64,000 nucleotides of DNA from Camelus dromedarius (taxonomy: Eukaryota): assembly GCF_036321535.1 (NCBI RefSeq), contig NC_087437.1, forward strand, positions 98,396,001-98,460,000, given 5' to 3'. Position 1 is the stretch's first letter; each line of letters opens with the position of its first letter. A model generated the notes under the pieces. That model was given only the letters and a program-made list of their open reading frames with translations. It had not been told where the DNA came from and searched no databases. Position numbers and translations under genes: made by a program. This document shows positions 1 through 13,020 of this stretch, in pieces.

Positions 1-2504
1 TCCTTTTTTCTCCATGAGGTCTCTGATTAATAGTTAAACCACCCAGGAGTGTTGTAAGGATACTAATATTTTCACCGCAAATTATCACTTTTCACCACCC
101 ACTAAAATACACTTCACAAACAGGCCTAAAACCAAATGAATGAACTCAACAGAGTTTTGAGGTAATTTCTCCTTTCTTCCTTCCACGAAAACTTTCTATC
201 TGCTACTTCTTTTCTTCTTTTTAGAAGTAACAATGGCTACAGAGAACTACTAAATTCTTAAACACTCACAAAACAATATGTACAAATACAATTTTTTTCT
301 TTACTGATGCTTCTTTTAAGCATTCAATAGAGCAAATGACTTAAGCTACAGAACGCAACTACAACTTGACATTTACCCTCAATGGATGAAGCTGGATATC
401 TTTAAAAACATCTTCTTTACACCCATACGGAAATGGACTGCTGTTCACATTTACCAGAAATCCACTTCCCAAAAAAACCTTTTTTTAAAATTTACTGTAA
501 AATAAAATAAAACGTAGTCCAAACTAACATGCTGTCATCACAGGGGTGCTGTGGTTTCAGCATACAGTAATATGTGCTATTATTCCTCTTTCCATTTACT
601 TCATACCACCAGGACAAATTGTTTCACCACTCCACTGTGACACAGGAAAATAAAGACCAGTAACATCAAACAAAATTTGGATTTCTACCTATGACTCATG
701 TGAGGAAATTAGATTCTCAAAAGATTTAAAGTCAGATTTTAATTTTAATCTTTTCTGTTGAATGCCCCAAAACCCATTTTTATCTATTTTTGGTTTTAAC
801 CAATACTACCATTTTTGCTTTAGCAACTTGGAACCTTACAGGTTAAGATAATATGCCATTAAGTGAAACATGTAGTAAATTTCAAAAGAAAGATCGTTTG
901 AGTTATGCTAAAATGATGAACAACCCCAATGACAGTATTTACTTACTTTTAAGAGGTAAAAATAGAATGTGTACACAGGTTTAAGACTCATAGTGAATAC
1001 GCTTGTGTTATTACAATGGAACCTTCAAAGGAAAGCATCTCTTGGCATCATTAGAAGGAATATACACAAGGATGTATAAAATGCAACATCCGCAGACGGA
1101 TGAGCGGTCAAAGCGAAAACAAACACTGGTAGCAGGAATAACTAGCAGCAAACTAATGAGTCAGAGTCCCATTCACCTTTGTTACTGCAAAGGATATTAA
1201 TCTAAATGAGACATCATGCTTTAATTACAAGAGTCACTCCATGAAAATAGAAATCAAGTCTGAGTCTCAGACACTGAGGAATCCAATGGTGGGAAATTCA
1301 CACTAATGTACAGAATCCATGAATCCTTTAATATACTGACTTGACACTAAAAAACAATGAAAGGAATGGGCAGTTCCGACACTCAGGATCAGCACTGATG
1401 GAAACACAAAGTAGAATATACCACATTAATAGTAAATGTGCCAATTTTCCTACCCTTTTACTTTGGACAGTAGTCTCTTAGCCTGTGTAACTTCTTTTAG
1501 TATGACTTATAAGCAAGTGAATAGAAAAGTATGTGAACCATGAGAGATGTTTTTCCTGTTTACAAAAGACAGCCACTTCCAACCATGCATAAAGTTTAGT
1601 AAAACTTTTTGTCTTCACAAGCAAGAAACTAAGTTAAAGTTATTTTAAGGGCATTTGTTAAATCTCAATGCTGTATATGTATATCTCAGATAATCTACAC
1701 ATTTTCTTTAGCATTTGAAAATTAATTGCTAGTCTAGAAATTTTTGAGCTTCATTTTAAAATAATTTTCTTTTCTGCCTTGGCATTATTGATCTTGTTGA
1801 ACATGATAATGTTCTAACAGTCAGAAAATTCACCTCAAGTGAAGAGCAAATCCTAATTTTAAAAAAATAACAAAAGGACTTCATATACTACTTAAGTCCT
1901 ATAATTTACTAGGTTTTGAATCAAGTCATTCTTGATATCTTCTAACTTTTCAGATGACTGAACGCCAGAATTAATGCTAGACATGAGATTCTGAGATGCC
2001 TCCAGCGTCCCAACCAGTCAAATCCAATGCAATTACATGTGTCGAGCTAGTGGTTCCTATGACTACTGCAAGTGAAGCGAAGGAAACTGCCCATAAGGCT
2101 CTAGAAATATTTTCTTTCATTTCCTTAAAAAAAATTAAATGTCGCCCCCAAAGACTTTGCTGAACATGTTTTCCAATATACTGTAGTAACTCATGTATTT
2201 TTGAAGAAACTTAGCATTACAAAACAATTTCAAGTGCCAAGTAATTATAATGTCACCAACAGTTATTTTCACTTTTTCCTTCATAGTTAACATGCCTGGA
2301 AAGAAGATGATATATTTTAAGGAAGAACTATTATTCCTTTTAGAAGTTCTAATTTAAATAGACCAAAAAAAAATGTAGAACAGCAGTTATTATGCGTAAG
2401 TTATTCATAATAATTAGTAGCTGTTAGGTATAAATACATAAAGGCTCCATTCCTAACCCCCTCCCCCCCAAAAAAACTAGATTTTACCAATAGCTGGGAT
2501 TGGT

Positions 2505-2650
2505 ACAGTTCAATTCAACAAAAGTTTTTAATAGCTTTCTACGTACCAGGCACCTACAGCGCCTACAATGCACTGAGGAATAAGCTCCTATTCATGGAAC
2601 TCACCGTCTTCTGAAGACAGACATTAAACAAGTGTGGTGTTACAATCAGG
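2505..2650 (-). mobile_element. L2 LINE 3' fragment
   Basis: attcaacaaaagtttttaatagctttctacgtaccaggcac resembles the reverse complement of the L2 3' terminus. Confidence 0.6.
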
Positions 2651-5331
2651 AGTACAAAGAACTGTGAGACAAATGCCATCTTGTAGAATCCTGCAGACTG
2701 TAATGAGCAGCTACCCTTTCTTGCCCACTGTCCCATGAGTGAGGATATTCTTTTCCGTTTGCTTCCCCGAGGTCAGGAATGTGGTCAGCCGGTTGCCCAT
2801 GTAAACAGCTACCTTTACGTTTCTTCTCTCTTGCTCTCTTTGCACTTGCTTCAGGGCACTGGTCACCACTGGTCTACACAGTACCCTCTCATCTAATCTG
2901 CTAACTCTTCACAGGAGGATGGAGGAATAGGGACTGTAACCTTTGCATTATGTCCCCAGTTGAACCAACAGACACAACCACCTCCACTGATGGTTTCAGA
3001 ACACTACTCCCTGATAATGAGCAGAGCCGGCCTGTGAGTGTTCTGACCACACACGTCAAGTAAAGTTACCTGACTCTCTTAAACTACAAATAGAAGTTCC
3101 CCTGCGGAATTTTAAATAGAACTCAAAACGTATGCAACATGCAGAAACAAAGCTGCGGCAAGAGCAGATGAGCACCTGTACTGTAAAGTTTCTCTTTTTA
3201 AATTCTCAGCCCTAGAAAATATATTCCAAGTACTGGAATATCAAATGAATCGTAAGAATGTTCTGAAGACAATTTTTTAATAGCATGAGAAGAAAATAGG
3301 CTACAAAAAACAAGGGTGGTGTAGTTGGCCCTGCTCATTCCACTTCTCAAGACCTAGTCCTTATCATTCCAGATCCTTCCTCGGGGGCAGCTCAGATTTA
3401 GCCCACTGCTGGATCCATCACCAAAGGTTAGGACCTACTCCTTAACACCTGGCACACAAGCCCCTCTCTCTGAGATTGCCTTAACAAAAACAAACAACAA
3501 AGTGTGAACTAAATCAAGATTTGATTTCTTATCCGAGTTAACAAACCCAACTGTTCGCTATTGGTTTTAAATCCTTAGGTGCTCAATGTCCTCCTCTGTA
3601 AAATACAGACAAAAATGTTTTGGAAACAATGTCAAAAATGTTGGAAGATGAGTAATCGTTTACCCTAGTATCACATGGATACCCCTAGCAATTAAAAAAA
3701 AAAGTGAGAAATTAAGAAAACAAAATGGAAAACAGGGAAAAAAGGAAATAAAATATAGAAAAAATAGATCAAGAGAAAAGAAATACGTATATAAGTATTT
3801 GATGATCACAGTCCACACCAACTACCTAGCCCATGCGCTTGGTTGTTAAGATGCCTCTATAAACCGACCTGTTTGAAAATGAGGAAGTAGGACAAGGTAC
3901 CTCTTAGGACAAGTGCACTTAAATCCAGAAATTCCACAGCTGCTACCAAATTCCCTTCCAACATGAAAAGCTATAATTCTATGAAATTACTTCAGTTTGT
4001 AAAAGCCCAAGCCAAAGAAATTAAAGAAGAAAGAGGAGGGGGAGGAAGAGAAGGAGAAAACGACGATATAAGGCTGATTCAGGTAAGTCAAGGATTACCA
4101 GGACAGGTAAGAGTAGCATTTTACTAACAGAGTGAACAATGCACTGCTTTGAGTTTTGCCTCAATAACATCAAACATCAGGATATTAGGAAAGCACCAGG
4201 TGGTGAAGCAAAAACTTCCACCTTCGATCCTTGACCTCACGCAGATTTGGTCTATTTCAATTCATTTTTTAAAAAGATAAGGATGGGTTAGGGAAATATA
4301 AATACATATCTGAACTCCAGAATGATTTTTTCCCCCCAGATTATTCCTTACACAGTTTCTCTCTTATTTGGCCAGATACAATATATTCTCTTAAAAAATA
4401 ATTATATTTTTTATATATTCCTTTGTAGCTTTTACATAAACCTTTTTGTTTATCCAACATTTACTTAGCAATTCAAAATCCAAAGCACATTAGAAAATAT
4501 TATGTGTATCAGCCTTATTACTCATCCTTGTACCTCCAATACAGTTTCAATTTGACTGTACCTTTTAGTGTAGAGGGAACCACTCAGCTTGATTCTTTGG
4601 AGGGTTCAAAATTCCATAAATTTTAAATGAGGCAAGTAAAAAAAGGTGGAGAGGTTTATAACTCTATTTCTCATGGCTCCAACAATAAAAGAACACACCT
4701 GATGTGTACTTAAAAATACATGATGTGCCACAAACCTCTCTCAAAAACCTAACCATGGTCTACTCCCAAAATGAAGCCGGATACTTATCTCTCGATCTCT
4801 GCATCATTCTGATAAACTGACAAATGCATTGTCAATGTCCTCTCTGTATCACAGAGACTAGTTTATAAGCACAGCATAGTCTTCAGAATGAAACTACTGG
4901 GGGGGAAGATAGGGCAATAAAAATAAAAACCACGTTAAGAACCATAATAGTCAAGAGCTTTAACTTTCCAACCAGGAAGAGCGATGCTCTGAATTTGCTA
5001 CAACTGCTCCTTGAATGGGACAAACATAATTAGCCTTGGGGATACCTGGATTAAGACCATGACAAGCTATTTTAATGAATTACATCAAGAAACACAGTTG
5101 CTTTCTCTGCCTCAAATAGCACTGTGGCAACTCTGCTGTACACTTCACAGGAGCTGAGAGCCCCCACAGCTGCCCTTGGTGACTGCATCTCCCTCCCGTA
5201 AGCACAGGAGCAGGACACCAGCTCTCTGAGAACTGCCAGCAACTCCTGCAGAAACAGCTACTGGAAACAGTGAGCCTTCTCAGTGAGACTGGGCGGACAC
5301 TGCCTGAGTTCTGCGGCTATCAGGAGCAGGG

Positions 5332-5366
5332 TTTTGTTTTGTTTTGTTTTGTTTTGTTTTGTTTTT
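5332..5366. repeat. (GTTTT)n microsatellite
   Basis: About 7 tandem units seen directly. Confidence 0.95.
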
Positions 5367-5454
5367 AATGACTTTCTAAAACTCAGATAGAAACTGATTT
5401 TCTCTTCAAAAGATGACATATTTTCATGGAAGAACAAATTATTATCAATGAAAT

Positions 5455-5600
5455 TAGCTGTGTGACACCTGGCAAGTTACTCAGGCATCTCTCAGACTAG
5501 GTCTCTTTATCAGTAAAACAGAGAAAATGATGCCTGTGTGTCACAAGGGAACTGCAAAGTGGCCAGCACCAGGCCCGGCACAAAGCAGGTGCCCCCAAAT
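5455..5600 (+). mobile_element. MIR SINE fragment
   Basis: tagctgtgtgacacctggcaagttact...cagtaaaacagag...ggcacaaagcaggtgc matches the MIR core and 3' end. Confidence 0.7.
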
Positions 5601-7229
5601 CTTCCCTCCCTAGTCCTCCTCCCAATTAAAAAGGAAAAGGCAAAAGGCAAGTAACCAAATAAATAACTTTTATATTTCAAGTTTTGACCCAATCCTCTCT
5701 GCTACTTTCAAGACCACAGCCTTGAAATCTCTACTGTTTACTGCCAACAACAGCATGCACTGATGTAAAGCCAGAATTTCAGAATTTAGAAATGAAATCT
5801 AACAGATCCTACAGATGTTGCCGAGGGAGATAAAAGGACTTTGCTTTCATCTGTATCATACATTGGTTTAGCAGCAGTCTAAGCTAGAAAAGTTTGCGTG
5901 GAGTAACAAAACAGAAACACTTTTTAAAAATATGCTTTTCAAAAATCAAACCTGAGCCCATATGACCCATTGTGCAAATATTTCCTTTAGGGGAAAAACT
6001 GCAACTGTGATTAATTTCATCTTGAAGGTATTTCTTTTACCCCATTTGGGAATGTTTCAAGTGTTTTCAGATACCTTTTCTCAATGTTCTCCACATTCTT
6101 CTGTCCTTCTTCCTTCCCTTAATTTGTTTCTTTTCCAGGGTATAAATCTACCACTCTATTGTAGATCACTATAAATTCACAAATTCAGGAATCAAAAAAA
6201 TTCTTAAAAAGTATGCATTTCAAAAATCAGTTATAATCCCTTAATCATTTCATACCTCTTGATTTCAAGATAGATTCTTCAAGACAGAAGTCTTTTTTTT
6301 TTTTTAATTTAAACTTCTAATTCTCTAACTTTGTGTCCTGTTACATGTCAGGCTTCCTTATCCACATTATCTCATTGAATCACAACAACTAGAATAGTAT
6401 TCTTATTCTGAGACTGCATATAAATATAATCTCCTCTTATTATTGCAATGCTACCTTATCATTTGACTTTTTTAATGCCATAACATTTAGCATGCTCATA
6501 TGTTGCCTACAATACAGGCAAATTCAACAATTAAAAGCACAACGACAAAAAAGAAACTAGCCTAGCCATTATGTGACTAACTTTTCTCTTATCTAAAGCT
6601 AACCACCTTACTTTTACCTGGTACGAGCCCTCACATAACTGATGAAGAAGGTAAAAGTAAAATAATCAAAGCAGACTACTAAAAACACAAGTTCCAAACT
6701 CCTTAGCTCCTGAGCTGTCCTCAATCCATTAGCAAATTACAGATGTGAAAACAAGGAGTAGCTCTGACTATCATTTAACAGGTGACTGAAAAATGACTTT
6801 CTTAATGAGAAGTCCAAGGGTGAGAGACTCCTTTCCACCAAGGCTCTGCACAAACACCAACATCAGGTCAATCAGAGCTGTCCTAGTCCCAGTGGTATCT
6901 TCAGCTGATGACTCAAATTTCCAACTGGCCTCCATTGCTGTGTATTAAATATTTCTTGGAACTCTAGGCTTTGTCACACAGTGACCTGGAATTTAAGGCA
7001 AACAAGGCATTCTTAAAGATATTTTTGCCAAATGACACAAAGTTAAAGAGGTAAGATGGGTTTTAATTTAGAGCTTTTACTCTCTGAGTTATACCAAGTT
7101 AAAAACTTTTTCTGAGGAGAGTGAACCATGCTAGGTTTGAATTTCAAACACTATTAACTCTGTCAGAGAAGCAAGTTCATTTCCAAGACCCTTAACAAAA
7201 TGCGTTTTTAACCCCAGCCCTATTCATTG

Positions 7230-7322
7230 AAAGAGGAAGGAAAGAGGGAAGAAAGGAAGAAGGGAGGAAAAGAGAAGGAGGAAGGTGGGAGGGAGAGTAG
7301 GAGAGAGGATGGATGGATGGAT
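7230..7322. repeat. Polypurine (GGAA/GGAG) tract ending in (GGAT)n
   Basis: Low-complexity tract seen directly. Confidence 0.85.
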
Positions 7323-10300
7323 CGGTGAATGTCACAAGCTCCTTCCTAGACAAAGTTTCAACATCTTCTGAAGTTCTTGAATTTATTCCAACCAAAAACC
7401 AAATATGGTAAATTATAATTTCTTTAACAAATAATTATCCATACATTATCTTCAGTAACAATCTATTTTGTAATCTGGTATAGCTTTAAAAAAAAATCTT
7501 AATACTACTAAGCAAATATAGTAGAGGCCTCTTTTTCCCTAACTCCAAAGAGTAAATTTTTTCTACATTTCTGAGTTGCCAGTCTTCTAAGGTCTTCAAA
7601 TCTGCTTCTCATTATACTGCTCCTACAGTTCTAGGCTGAACAATCCCTAGCATGGTTCAAGGTATTAATTTTAACAAAATCCTAATACAAAGGTAAAATG
7701 TACCACGTTTACTTTTTCCTCATTCTTATTCTCAGTGTTTCATGAACTTAAGAAAAATGATCTGTTTCAGGTGTATTGATACCCCAAAATGCCACAAGTC
7801 TTGTTATTCTTTATTTGTAATATTTGCAAGGCAGTGTGGGGATCCATTTGAATTTTAAGGTTCATGATGCAGAGTATGTGGTATAACAGTGACAGTAATT
7901 AGTATCGCACCCCACTCATCTCAATTCCTACATTTACTCCGAAAAATTAAACTTACTCTTCATATCTGAAGTAAAACAAAAGGAAATTTCTGTTCTAAAC
8001 AAACTCTAATTTTTAGAATCCGAAATATTCGCTATTCATTAAATCGAACATTAAATTTCAAGGAACAAAAAACAACAGATGGGCATCTATATTACACTTT
8101 GCAAAAAACTCCGATAAGACTTCAGAGGTCTCTTTGGTCCCAACCCCCTCCCCCCACCTCGAATCATAAGATACTGTGCTTAATGAAAGCATTCTTTCTG
8201 TGGTCATTTACATCACGTTATCTTTATCAGAAATCTTATGAAAGAGTTTTCCAGTTCACCACTCAAACTTCAGCACTGTTTTCCATGTTTAATAAGACCC
8301 TCGGAAAACAACATCTCAAAATAATAAAAAGTGATCTTAATTCAGTTCCTTTTAAATAAGCTATCACTCCTGGTTTTATGCTGGTACCCAATTTTGACCT
8401 TCCACCTTAGATATGTTTAAGAGACATTCAAAAACACAGTGTGCACATGTGCCAAGTGGGAAATTTGTTCTTTCTCCCCCTTCAAACCACCACTATTTGT
8501 ATAATATTGCTGCCCTCATAAAAGGGAATCCATTACCATCAGCAATTCATGTCCCTGCTTCAGCATCAGATGCAAACAGGATACGGAAACAAGATCTCTC
8601 TCCTCCATTTACTTTTTGTTCATTCCAACCTCTGGAGGTAACCCTCAGTTCCAGTCCATCGGCCTGCAGCATCATCTGACACTCTGGATTTGTACCTTCT
8701 CAAGTCTTGGTGACCATCCTGGTGTTGTATTTCTCCAATTGTTGGGTTAATCTAAGTATTACAGAATGAGTTTGCTCATTTCCGCCCCCCGCCCCCGACA
8801 GTCCCCTCAAAAAACTACAACTTAAGGAAATGCATCTTGAACAATTTAATTTGCACATTCAAACTTAGTATCCTGAAAGCCCCTCCTGCCCCATTTTCTG
8901 TTCAAAGTGTTTCTCTGACTCTTCATCAGTAATCAAAAGTTGTTTTTCATAAAAATATTTCTCCAGTTGGAAGACAGGCACAAAGGGCTTTGTCAGAACA
9001 GCAAAAGCTTTTCCCCCCAATCTTCACCCACGTAACAGTAAATCACTATTAAATCTAACCAAAACAAAACCCATCCTTACTGTGTGTCAGCCACGTGAAG
9101 GGGCACATGGACAAAGCACGGGAGTATAGACCTTCATCCCAGCACAGCCAAGAGGGGAAGCTACAAAAATGCAGGCAATTTTCATGGAAGAAAACACCCA
9201 AAGATGCAGAAGCTATTTATTTTAGAAAAGAGGACAAGAGAGTGAGAGAGCCCTAAGGAAAGAGCGGTGACATATAGACAGATAAACTGGAACTCCTCCT
9301 CTTCTCTACTGACCTACACTTTAAAAACTAACTGTATGCAGCAATCTAAAGTTTGAAAAGCAAAACTAAACCTATTTAAAGTGAACAATTTTTTCTTGAT
9401 AAAAATTTGAGGTCTGGGGCAGAATTATTTTTTAACCCAATACACAGAGCTATCATTGGTTTTTCAGAACACTTAAAAATGAGCTTTAAGTTTCTTCCAA
9501 TTTTAAAGTTTTAAGATTAAAAACCTAATCCCTTTAACGTCACATAACCTAAGCCACTGATTTAGTTACTTCTGTGCCACCGTCTGCTAGTATTGGTTTG
9601 CTATGGAATCTGTACAATTAACAATAACCTTCCTTCTCATCTTTCTAGGGAGCCAAGAATGACATATCTCCTTATCTCCCCATTTGTGACATTAGACTGA
9701 CATATTTTGCCTCATCTGTCACCTTCCATAAAACTCTGCTTTCAGATAAGAGTTAATTCATTTTTAGTTGTCCTCAATGTTCTAAAATAGTGATGTTTGA
9801 TGGAATTAATACAGTGCTCTAGTTTTCTCTGTTCAACTGGTATTTAATTAAAGATCTTGGAGGCCATCTTTCTCTCGGGTTACACCATTTAAACAAGGAA
9901 AGCTACTTCCTCCATGGACAATGCGCTAAGCCACATGGCAACAAAGCGGCCTTGCTGAGGTCTCCCATTTGACAGACTGCTTTACTGTGTATAAACTGCC
10001 AGCAAGGCAGATCGCCGCTTTATTTCATGTTGATTTTACTTTTCGCATGTCTGAACTACAACTCTGCTACAGCCTACATTCTCTCTTACCCTTAAGAGTT
10101 TCCAGATTTTCTGGAGTTGTGATATTCGCTTCTGTTTTTATTTGCTCGTTGCTTTTGTTTCACCTGGACCTCAAAAAGTCCTAATAGTATTTACTTTGAA
10201 AGGTTTCTTGAATCCCTGGCAACAAAACAATGCAGAGAAGCTTTAAGCAATCAGAGCTACTCTGGAGCACAAACTGAAAATTTGTGTGTTTTAAATTCTT

Positions 10301-11919
10301 TTGAATTAATATCTTTTGGGGAATAGCCCATTCAACTTGATACACCATAATTTTCAATGCTAAAGGTAGCATGGTTAATTTAAACTGGCACTTGCTATTT
10401 ATTATACAAATAATTGTTCCCTCGGATGGCCTTTTGAAAGCCAGCGCCTCTTAATAATTTTTTGGCTATCTTGGAACCACAAGAGACATGTCAATTTAAG
10501 CAAACTTCAGGAGCAATAAACTAACAAACAGACTCTAGGTGGTGGTATAGGTTATTTTTTATCATGATGTTTTGCTCTTAAAACTGCAAGAGTCAGAAGA
10601 GCTTTTAGCCTCTTTTACTGACACTTTTTTATTCCAAACTTACACTATTTTAGGGTGTTAAATTAGTAAAATGTAAGTTCTACAGAGTTTGAAGACACAT
10701 GCAGGAAGTGAGTCCAGGTACTAAACCTGGTTTTCTTTGAGATGGTAGAGAGCTCACTGGAGTAAAACCAACAATGAGGAGTCCTCTTTCTGTTTGTTTT
10801 TAATACATATTTTACTCACCCTCCTCGAGCACTTTCAGTGGTTAAGTACGGAAAGGGGTCTCCCCCACCCCCCCAGAGGGCATGAAACAGACTAAAGTAA
10901 CAATCCTACAGCCTGCAGGGTAGTGGCTATTCCACTGACTGCTTGCCTTCTTTGTCTCTAGAAACTAATTCCAGGCAAAGAAAAGTTACTACTGGTGATG
11001 AAGCCACTACTCTGTGAACCAGTTAAACCCAATCCACATCAGCAAACCGCTGGACAAAACCAGAGCAACTTACTTAGAAGTGGAAAAACATTTCAACATA
11101 CTCCAAACAGCAACCCACTCTTACATGCCAGGCAGACGAAGCACCATTTGTTTAACAAGTCCACTTATTTCAGTGTCTCTTCAACAAAGGTGGCAAACTG
11201 GTGATTAAACATTGAATAATCACATCAGGAAGATGCCACCCACTTGCTAAACCTGTGATTCACTAATAAGCAGGTTCAATGCAATTCGTAACTTAAAACA
11301 ATGAATTACCAAAGTCCTTTGCTTCACAAATCTCCCCAAAATGTAAAGAGCATTCATCATATATAACCCAACAACTATTTTTACTTTGGACACCTAGAGA
11401 TGGTCTCTCTTCCTCTAAAAACAGTTTTTCCCACACAATCTCACATTTAATCATTTTACATTACCGGAGACACAAACTCCAACTCAATTCCACCAACTGA
11501 CTGAAAAATCTTTGTAGCTAGGAACGTCTTAATTTTTTTCCAAACTTAAATTCTCTATTAACAAAACGTTTTAACGCTAAAGTACTTAATCTGTTTTTCT
11601 TTTACTATCTTCAGAACTCAACTGAATCCCTAACGAGATAGAAGGTAGAAACTCCTGTAATGCTTCAGAGATCAACATGTGTCAGACTCCCAGCTAGTTC
11701 GCCTCTAAGACACAGTTGATTCCTTTGTTCCTTCACACCGAACACCAACTCCTGATTAAAATTTGGAAACTACTTTGGAAAGGATGTGAGGGTTTGTAGA
11801 CTATTTCTAGGGAAATCCCTCATAAAACAACAACGTTCACTAGTAATAGTAAGAGCACACAGATAGAAGAGAGAAAAAAGAAGCCTTCCGAAGCCTCCCA
11901 GGACGTGCACGGGGCTCAC

Positions 11920-12000
11920 TCTAAGTGTGAGCCGGAATTCTGGCTCCGGGGTAATGTGATGGTTGAGGCCTCGAGTCCCAGGGGCCTCGCCCTCGGGAGG
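11920..12000 (-). other. Possible alternative first exon
   Basis: Donor-like AGA|GTGAGC (GT at 11919-11918) at the downstream edge of the CpG island; 5' boundary is a guess. Confidence 0.3.
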
Positions 12001-12632
12001 GGAAAGACAAGTACGGACGGGCCAGGCCCGGGGGTCTGCGGGGGGCCCGGGAACGCGGTCCCTTTTTCTCTTCACTTTCCCCGGCCCAGGATCCCCCGAG
12101 CACAGAGCAGGGAGGCACCCGGGCGAGAGGCGGGGAGCTGCACCCGGCGCCGCCCAGGACGCCCGGGGCAGCAGGACTGAGAGCCGCGCGGCGAGAAACG
12201 CCCGGGACTCGGACCAAGGGGGCAGCCGAGCGGGGCGCGACCCCGGCTCCCGGTGCCCGGCCCGGCTCAGCCCACCTCCACCCCACGGCGGCTGCCCCTC
12301 GGCCCACGACTGGCACGGACGCGCCGGTGAGCCCGGCGCCAACTCCATAACTTGCCGGCCCCGCTGCCCCGGCCCTCGAGTTCCCAGGGAGACTCGGACC
12401 CAGCCGAAGAGGCGGGATTTCCCCGGAAACGATCCCCAGACCTCCCCAGCCGCCGCCGAGCCCACCCCGCAGTCCGCGTCTTCTCCCGCCGCCGGCAGCG
12501 CTGGCCCCGCCGCCCCGACGCCCTCGCGGCCCTGCCCGCCAACGCCAACCCGCCGCGGGCCGCACTCCCGGGCCGTTTCCGGCGGCGCCGCCGGCCGCTC
12601 CTCCAAGCCCCCCGGCCGTGGCCGCCACTCAC

Positions 12633-13020
12633 CCGAAGCCGCCGCGGCTCCGAGCCTCGAGCTCCGGCCGGCTCACTCCGCGAAGGCGCCCCGCCGCCCC
12701 GTCCTTCCTCCCTCGGCGCCCCAGCCGGCTCTCCCCTCCGACCGGCAGCGCTCCCGAGCGCAGCGGCGGACGCGAGGCCACGGGCGGGCGCGCGAGCGGG
12801 CGGGCGTGGGGCCGGGTCGTCCCTCCGCCTCGGCCGCCGCCTCCTCCTCCGCCTCCTCCTCCGCCGCCGCCGCCTCCCGAGTTCGGGGCTCTGCTGCAAT
12901 GTCTGCGAGGCTGACTTTGAGCGCCTCGCTCGCCGCCCGCCCGCAGCCGCGCTCCTCCCTCCGCCGCCGAGTCCGCCGCGGCCCAGTCCCTCCCCTCGCA
13001 GCTCCACGCCATTCAGCTCT
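12633..13020 (-). other. FNDC3B: First exon (probably 5' UTR) of a minus-strand gene; tentative FNDC3B orthologue
   Basis: Seen: canonical donor CGG|GTGAGT (GT at 12632-12631) inside the CpG island, preceded by a GGC/GGA-rich leader. The TSS is not visible, so the 5' end is approximate. Gene name is inferred from recalled architecture only (two non-coding first exons about 1 kb apart, long intron 1, gene-poor upstream region); no coding exon is present to confirm it. Confidence 0.45.
12833..12876 (-). repeat. Interrupted (GGC/GGA)n trinucleotide repeat in exon 1
   Basis: Minus strand reads GGGAGGCGGCGGCGGCGGAGGAGGAGGCGGAGGAGGAGGCGGCGGC. Confidence 0.9.

Larger units (their letters stand above)
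1..12632 (-). other. Intron 1 of the minus-strand gene, continuing beyond the window
   Basis: Follows the strong donor; no convincing coding exon found in 1-11900. Confidence 0.55.
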
